From: Protoeuglena noctilucae
Lineage: Eukaryota
Direction of reading: 5' to 3'
Assembly: GCA_958009085.1 (NCBI GenBank)
Contig: OY253673.1
Span: forward strand, 372,001 to 436,000
Length of the DNA: 64,000 nt
In this document: positions 58,039 to 64,000 of the stretch, one piece after another
Position numbering within the stretch: the first letter of the stretch is position 1
Layout: every line of letters starts with the position of its first letter
Notes under the pieces: generated by a model
What the model was told of the DNA's origin: nothing
The model's database searches: none
Seen by the model: only the letters and a program-made list of their open reading frames with translations
Program-made: the position numbers and the translations under genes

Positions 58039-61000
58039 ATGGAGGAGCAGGGGGAGCGGGGGGAGGAGGACGAGTTGGTCGTCCTGGAGAAGGGGCCTCC
58101 GGAGACGCTGCGGTACTCGCGGGTGCGTAGCTGCGGCCGCGGGGTCGCCGTGGGTCCATGTGCTGCGCCTGCCCGGGCCTCGGTGGGCCTCGGAGGCCCC
58201 GCGGAAGGGCGACAGGTGGCGAGGGCGGGGCCGGGGTGCGCCGGGGAGCGCGGCGGGCGGCGCGAGCGGGTCCCGGGCGCTTCCCTCGAGGGCGGGGACT
58301 CGGCGGGGCCCGGGGGACGCCGGGCGAGGCCCGCCTTTCTCCGGCTGCCCGCAGTACCGCGAAATTCTGGGCCGGGGGGCCTTTAAGACGGTGTATAAGG
58401 CCTTCGACGAGGCGGAGGGGATGGAGGTCGCTTGGAATCAGGTCCGGGTGAACGAAATCGTCACGACGGAGGAGCAGAAGGAGCGGTTGATGAAGGAGAT
58501 CGACATGCTGAAGAAGATGACGCACGCTAACATCATCTCCCTCTACGATTCGTGGGTGGACGAGGAGAACATGACCGTCAACTTCATCACGGAGCTCTTC
58601 ACGGCCGGCTCGCTGCGCCAGTGAGTGCTCGCGAGGCTTATCGGCGCGCTGGCGGCGCGGGCGGGCGCGGGGAGCCCCGGCGCGTCGGAGGGAGGCCCGG
58701 CAAGGGACGGTCCCGTTTTTCCATCCGGGCGCCGCGCGGGGGGCGTGCCGGCCCGGTTCCGCGCTACCGAGGGGGCGCGTTCGCGTTTCCCGACCGCTGG
58801 GCGGCGCCGCGAGGGTCCGGAGAGGCCGGGTACCGCGCGGCGGGGGGTGTCCGAGGGATGGGCCCTAATGGCGCGCACCCACGCCTCGCAGGTACCGGAG
58901 GAAGCATCGCCACCTCGTCCTGAGCGTGCTCAAGCGTTGGGCGTACCAGATCCTCAAGGGCCTGATGTACCTGCACGCGCACAACCCACCCATCATCCAC
59001 CGGGACCTCAAGTGCGACAACATCTTTATCAACTCGACCTCGGGGGAGGTCAAGATCGGCGACTTGGGCCTCGCCACGATCATGAAGCACGCCACCAAGT
59101 CGGGCATGCAGTGCATGAGGTGAGGGGGGTGCTGATGGTCCGCGCTCTCCGCTGACCCAACAGCGACGTGCGTGGGCCGCGCGTGGGCGACGCCTGGCGC
59201 GAGCCCCCGTGCCCCCAGCGTGCTCGGGACGCCCGAGTTCATGGCCCCCGAGCTGTACGACGAGGACTACAACGAGCAGGTCGACGTGTACGCCTTCGGC
59301 ATGTGCATGCTGGAGCTGGCCACCATGGAGTACCCCTACTCCGAGTGCACCAACCCGGCCCAGATTTTCAAGAAGGTCACCAACGGCATCAAGCCGGCCG
59401 CCCTCTCCCGCGTCGACAACGAGGAGCTCCGCGCCTTCATCGACCTGTGCCTCGAGCCCGACAAGGACCGGCGGCCGAGCGTGCGGCAGCTGCTGGCCCA
59501 CGACTTTTTCAGCAGCATCGCCCAGGGCGACTCGGACACGGACGACGAGGACCGCTCCAGCGACCACGGCACGCGCCGCCGCAAGGAGCAGGCCACGGCC
59601 CCGAGCACCTCGCGCCACTCGTCCCCTGACCGGTCCACGCATGCCAACCTCTCCCGCCGCCCCTCCACGTCCAGCCCGGCCGAGGACGAGCACCATCCCG
59701 GCCCGGAGATGCCGCCCTCGCCCTCCTCCCAGGGCGCCTCCGTCTCCCGCACCTCCTCCGCCTCCTGGGCCGTCCCGCCCCCGGCTGGCCCGGGCGTGGC
59801 GACGATGCTCGAGGGCCTGGCGCAGGCCGACGCCGGGCCGGTGCGGTCGTCCGTGGACTCCATGCACCCCGGTCGCGTGACGCTGGGGCCGCACGACTTG
59901 GCCGCGGGGCTGGCGGCAGGGGTGAGCGGCCGCGTTCGCACGGCACAGGCCGTGAGGTGGTGTGCCACCGGCCGCGCCGCGCGCCTGGCGCAGACTCGCG
60001 TCGCGCGAGCGGCACCGTCTCTCGCTGATCGCGCAGGATGCGACGGCGGTCCATGACCCGGCCCAGGCCGGCGCGGCTCCCCACGTCATGGCTGGCGCGC
60101 TCGACCACGAGGGCCCCGCCAGCGTGGACCTCGGGGAGGCGGCGACGCACCGCTACGCGCACGCGGACGGCAGATCCCTCGGGGCGCCCGAGGACGTCGA
60201 CCTGGGGCAGTCCTCGGGCGGGGGTTCCCTGCCGCCTGACGACGTGGCGCCCGGGCCTGTCGATGCGCCGCCTGCGCCCGAGTCCACGGCCGAGCCCAGC
60301 TTTTGGTTCGAGCTCCTGGACAACCCCGGCAAGCAGGTGCGGCACGGCGGGTCGTCTCCGGCGCAGCGTCGTGCTGGCACCGTGTCGCAGGTCTCTCACC
60401 CTCCGTGCCCCTAGCTGTTGGTTGCAGTTCAAGGTCAAGGTGGAGCCGGTGATAACTCCAGATGGGAACGTGTCGATGGGCGTGGTGAAGTTGTTCGTTG
60501 GGACGGCCAACACGGCCGTGCCGGAGAACAACAAGACGGTCATGGGGGAGTTTGATTTGGAGGCCGACACGATTGGGCTCATCATTGAGGACTTGTCTGA
60601 GGAGTTCCAGCTGTCCGAGGACGAGCAGTTGACGATCGGGGCGATGATCGCGCAGCGCATCCACGCCACGGTCCCCAGCTGGAGTACCGGGGAGAAGCAG
60701 TTTGCGGGGGAGCCGACCGTGCGCATGGTGGCGCGCCCGGCCGCGGTGGCCGCCAAGCCGGCCCCGCTGAGCCCGTCCTCGAGCCGCGTCGTTCCGGCGT
60801 CGGCCCTGCGCACGCACGAGCCGGGCAAGCTCGACGGCAAGGGCCACGGGCGCGGCCTGGCCGTCTCGTGGCGCAAGCGCACCAGCCGCCACCTGCTCGC
60901 CTCCGACACGTCCTCCTCCGCCTCGCACGAGCGCCCCGCGCCGCCCCCGTTCCTCCCCGAGGAGGCGGAGATAGCGACGCTGCCGGTCGCCATCGCTCAG

Positions 61001-62701
61001 CTCTTGCCTGAGCTCCCGGACCTGTCCCTCACCTCCGGCGACCGCTCCAGCTACGGGAGCACCCCCGTGCTGCAGCGCAACCTCAACATCGCCGTGGAGA
61101 AGTTCGAGGAGCTCAAGAGGGACTGGGAGCGGCAGGCGGCGGCGGCAGCCGAGGTGAGGGCTGGAAGCGCGGGGCGGCAGGGTGGTGGGGGGCAGGGTAG
61201 GGTGTGAGGGTGTGAGGGCGGCATCGGGTGGTTGTGTTCTGAGAAGGCGTAGGGGCAACGCACCCGTGGGCAGCGCGACTGCCGGTCTAGGGTCAGGGGT
61301 GACACGCCCTCCCTTGCGCCTTTGCCCTCAGAACATCATGGGGTCTGGGTCGAGCGACGGCACGAACCCAGCGGACGACGTCCGTGCTCCGGCGAAGCCG
61401 GTGCCGCACGAGGAGGTCGAGGAGGGCATCGACCCCTTTGCGGAGGACACGGCCAGCGAGGACGAGGACCACTCGTCGGTGCCTTCGGGTGGCAGGGGCG
61501 CGACCCCTCGGGAGTCGCAGCCGGCGCACGCGGGGCCGGAGCCGGAGCCGGAGAGCCTGCTGGAGATGCGGGAGCAGATCACGATGCTGCAGGCGCAGCT
61601 CGACGCGCTCAAGGGACAGGTCGAGGTGCGGGTGAGGGGCTGGGAGGGTGGGGAGTCACAGGGCGGGGAGTTACGGCCAGGCTGTCCTGGGCTGTCGCCA
61701 GGCCTTGGCTGCGCGTATCGCACGTGCGCCCGTGCGAGGTGCTGGTGCTACCCCCCACTGTTGTTGTCGCGCAGGCCAGCCGCGCGGCGTCGCGCAACTC
61801 GCGCACCATGATGGGGACGCCGTCGCTGCCGAGGAGCCCCTCCCAGGCCTCCATACACCACGCGCCGGACGACCTGTCTCCGCGCGGAACGAGCGTGGAG
61901 GACGCCCTCACGCCACGTGACTACCCGGCGCAGGGGGGGCCGGGGTCGTCGCGCCCGGCCCTGCACTCGGCCGAGGCGGGGTTCGACCCGGGGGACGCGC
62001 CCCGCTCCCGCACCCTCGAGACCGCGCTGTCCGAAAGCGGGAGGCCCGCCGCGGCCCCGATCGCGGTGCCCATGGCGCGGTGGCCGTCGCAGCCCCCGGG
62101 GTCCGACCGAGGGTACGACTCCCCCGAGTCGGTCATGACGGCGCCGCTGCCCGCGCGGCCCGTGGCGCGCCCGGCCCCGGAGACCTCCTGGTCGGCGCAG
62201 CAGCTGGGGCCGTCCGAGGGCGAGGCGCCGGTGCTGCCGGAGGCGTCCGGCAGGGGCCCCACGGCCCGCGGGGCGCAGCGGTCGTCGCTGCCCCTGGGAG
62301 ACGCGTCGCCGAAGGACGGCGCCTTCCGCGGGGTGTCGGTGTCCCTGGGCGAGCCTGCGACGAGCAGCGCCGGGGAGGACCGCCTCGAGTCGGGCTCGCC
62401 GGGCATCACGACGCCCAGGAGTACTGGACCTGCGGTCCCGCCTCTGCCCCTGCCTCTGCACCCGGGCGCGCCGGGGCAGCAGGAGGAGGAGGAGCGGCGG
62501 GCGAGACGGGAGCAGCGCGCTGCCGAGACGCAGGCGGCCATCATGCAGAAGCTCGAGCAGGGCTGGAGCATGGGGCAGGGCCGGCGCGTGCCGGAGCGCG
62601 GGCCCTCCTTAAAGGCGACGAGCTCGCGGGGCAACCTGTCGGGGTCCCTGCCGAGCGCGGACGGCAGCCACTCGAGCCTCGGTTTCGCGCCCGGCGCCTG
62701 A
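58039..62701 (+). CDS. WNK: WNK-family Ser/Thr kinase with long low-complexity C-terminus, spliced
   Basis: [92 protein letters not shown]. Confidence 0.94.
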
Positions 62702-63561
62702 GCCGGCTCCGTTCCGACCCCTCCCGCGCCGTTTCCGCGGGCCTGGGGTTGTCCACTCGCGCCCTGGCGTTCCCGGCGCTCCACCTGGCCTAGCATGCCA
62801 CGCTCCAGCGCCGCCTTTCACCCTCCTCTAACACAGGCGTGTCCTGGCCACGGACTGTCCATGCGTTGCACCCTCGCTCACCAGCGCACCTTCCTTTAGA
62901 CCTTTGGGTCGCTCGTGGTCGGAGCGAACCGCGGGGGAGGCCCCGTGTCGCCGATGGCGAGCAAACACCATGCGGCTCTAGCCCGTCGCGTTTCGCGGCG
63001 CGCTTCACACACCTAGCTCACGTTAACGGATAGAAGAGACTCGCATTGTTGAAAGAGAGACGGACGGACAGGTCGCTTGAGAGCCCGAAGTGACAGACAA
63101 CTGAGAGTGGGGGCAACGACCTGGCCCGCTGCCGTATATTCTGGCGTCGAGGCTGGCGAGCTCACTTTCTGAAACCGGGCACAGTGTACTTGCCCACCAA
63201 ACCTTTCACCAGTACCGCAATGTCCAACGCGGGACTTCAGGCTCGCTTAGCATTAAACGTGCATAGCTGCGAGCCTCGCGCACCTCGCTAGGACCGCGCT
63301 GTTTCGCAGACGTGGTGGTGTACTTCTGTCGCTTGTGAGTCTGACTACTGGTCGTACACTGCCATTTCTTGCCTGTCCGCGCGCACACGCGCACAAGAGA
63401 TGCGACTTGTGCACGCTGGGACAGAGCACCCGCAGGACAAGTGATGGGACGGGAAGGAGCATTAAGCAAGATTTATTGACCTTTTTAACACTGCAGGGGT
63501 GCCCTGGATCCGGAAGCGAACGGATGGCGGCGACACGGGGGGGTCCCCCGGCGAGCTGGCC

Positions 63562-63981
63562 ATGGCGTCCCCTGTTCCTGCGGCGTGGCGCCTCGCTGTC
63601 GCTAGCTGCGTGTGGGTGACGGAACAAGACGATGCTCTGCTCCGTTCGGGCCAAGCGGACGTGCGCGGGATCGTCCTGGACCGCCTGCGGGACCTCTGCT
63701 GCAGCACCGGGTGCTGGCTTTCGAGCGCCGAGTACAGCGCCGTCGTCGCGGGCCACACGGACAACGCGCGGCGGCTTTCTCAGCCCAAAACGTACGAGCC
63801 GGGTGGTGCCATCGACCACCTGCTGCGGCGGAGGCGCCAGCAACTCGCACAGCTCGAAGCGGATGGTACATCTGTCGATGCTGCGGGCGAGTCTCGCTTA
63901 CAACCCGACAAGGAAGTCCACCCAGTCGATCCATCCACCAAGGCCGAGGTTCTCGCCAAGGAGCTGCGGCAGAGCATCCAG
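63562..63981 (+). CDS. First exon of an unidentified protein (continues past window end)
   Basis: Open frame of 140 codons from ATG 63562 (MASPVPAAW...ELRQSIQ) ending at a CAG|GTATGG donor. No recognisable motif. Confidence 0.45.
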
Positions 63982-64000
63982 GTATGGGCACGCCATGCTC

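Overview
A gene-dense, very GC-rich, intron-rich stretch of a eukaryotic nuclear genome, almost certainly a green alga. That inference rests on nucleus-encoded plastid proteins with transit peptides (ClpR, RPS1, SecA, SecE, HCF136/Ycf48). It holds about 19 spliced host genes, one tRNA-Leu(UAA) and two mobile elements. (1) An L1/Tx1-type non-LTR retrotransposon on the minus strand, just downstream of the tRNA. It has one intact APE-RT ORF, no visible ORF1 and an RNase H placed between RT and the zinc knuckle. A ~3 kb tail carries tetraloop-capped hairpins and ends at a candidate 16-bp TSD. (2) A 5.6 kb Plavaka/CMC-like DNA transposon with TIRs, 9-bp GATC-rich subterminal repeats and an intron-containing transposase. 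Other notable signals: two tandem intronic C/D snoRNAs in eIF3c that use co-varied UGACGA/CCGA boxes (one predicted to guide LSU A-loop Um), an unusually high number of GC-AG introns, a gene pair only 15 nt apart (candidate bicistronic mRNA), and a lysine-depleted ubiquitin variant fused to a Cys-rich domain. Gene spans include introns, exon boundaries were read by eye, and no database searches were run.
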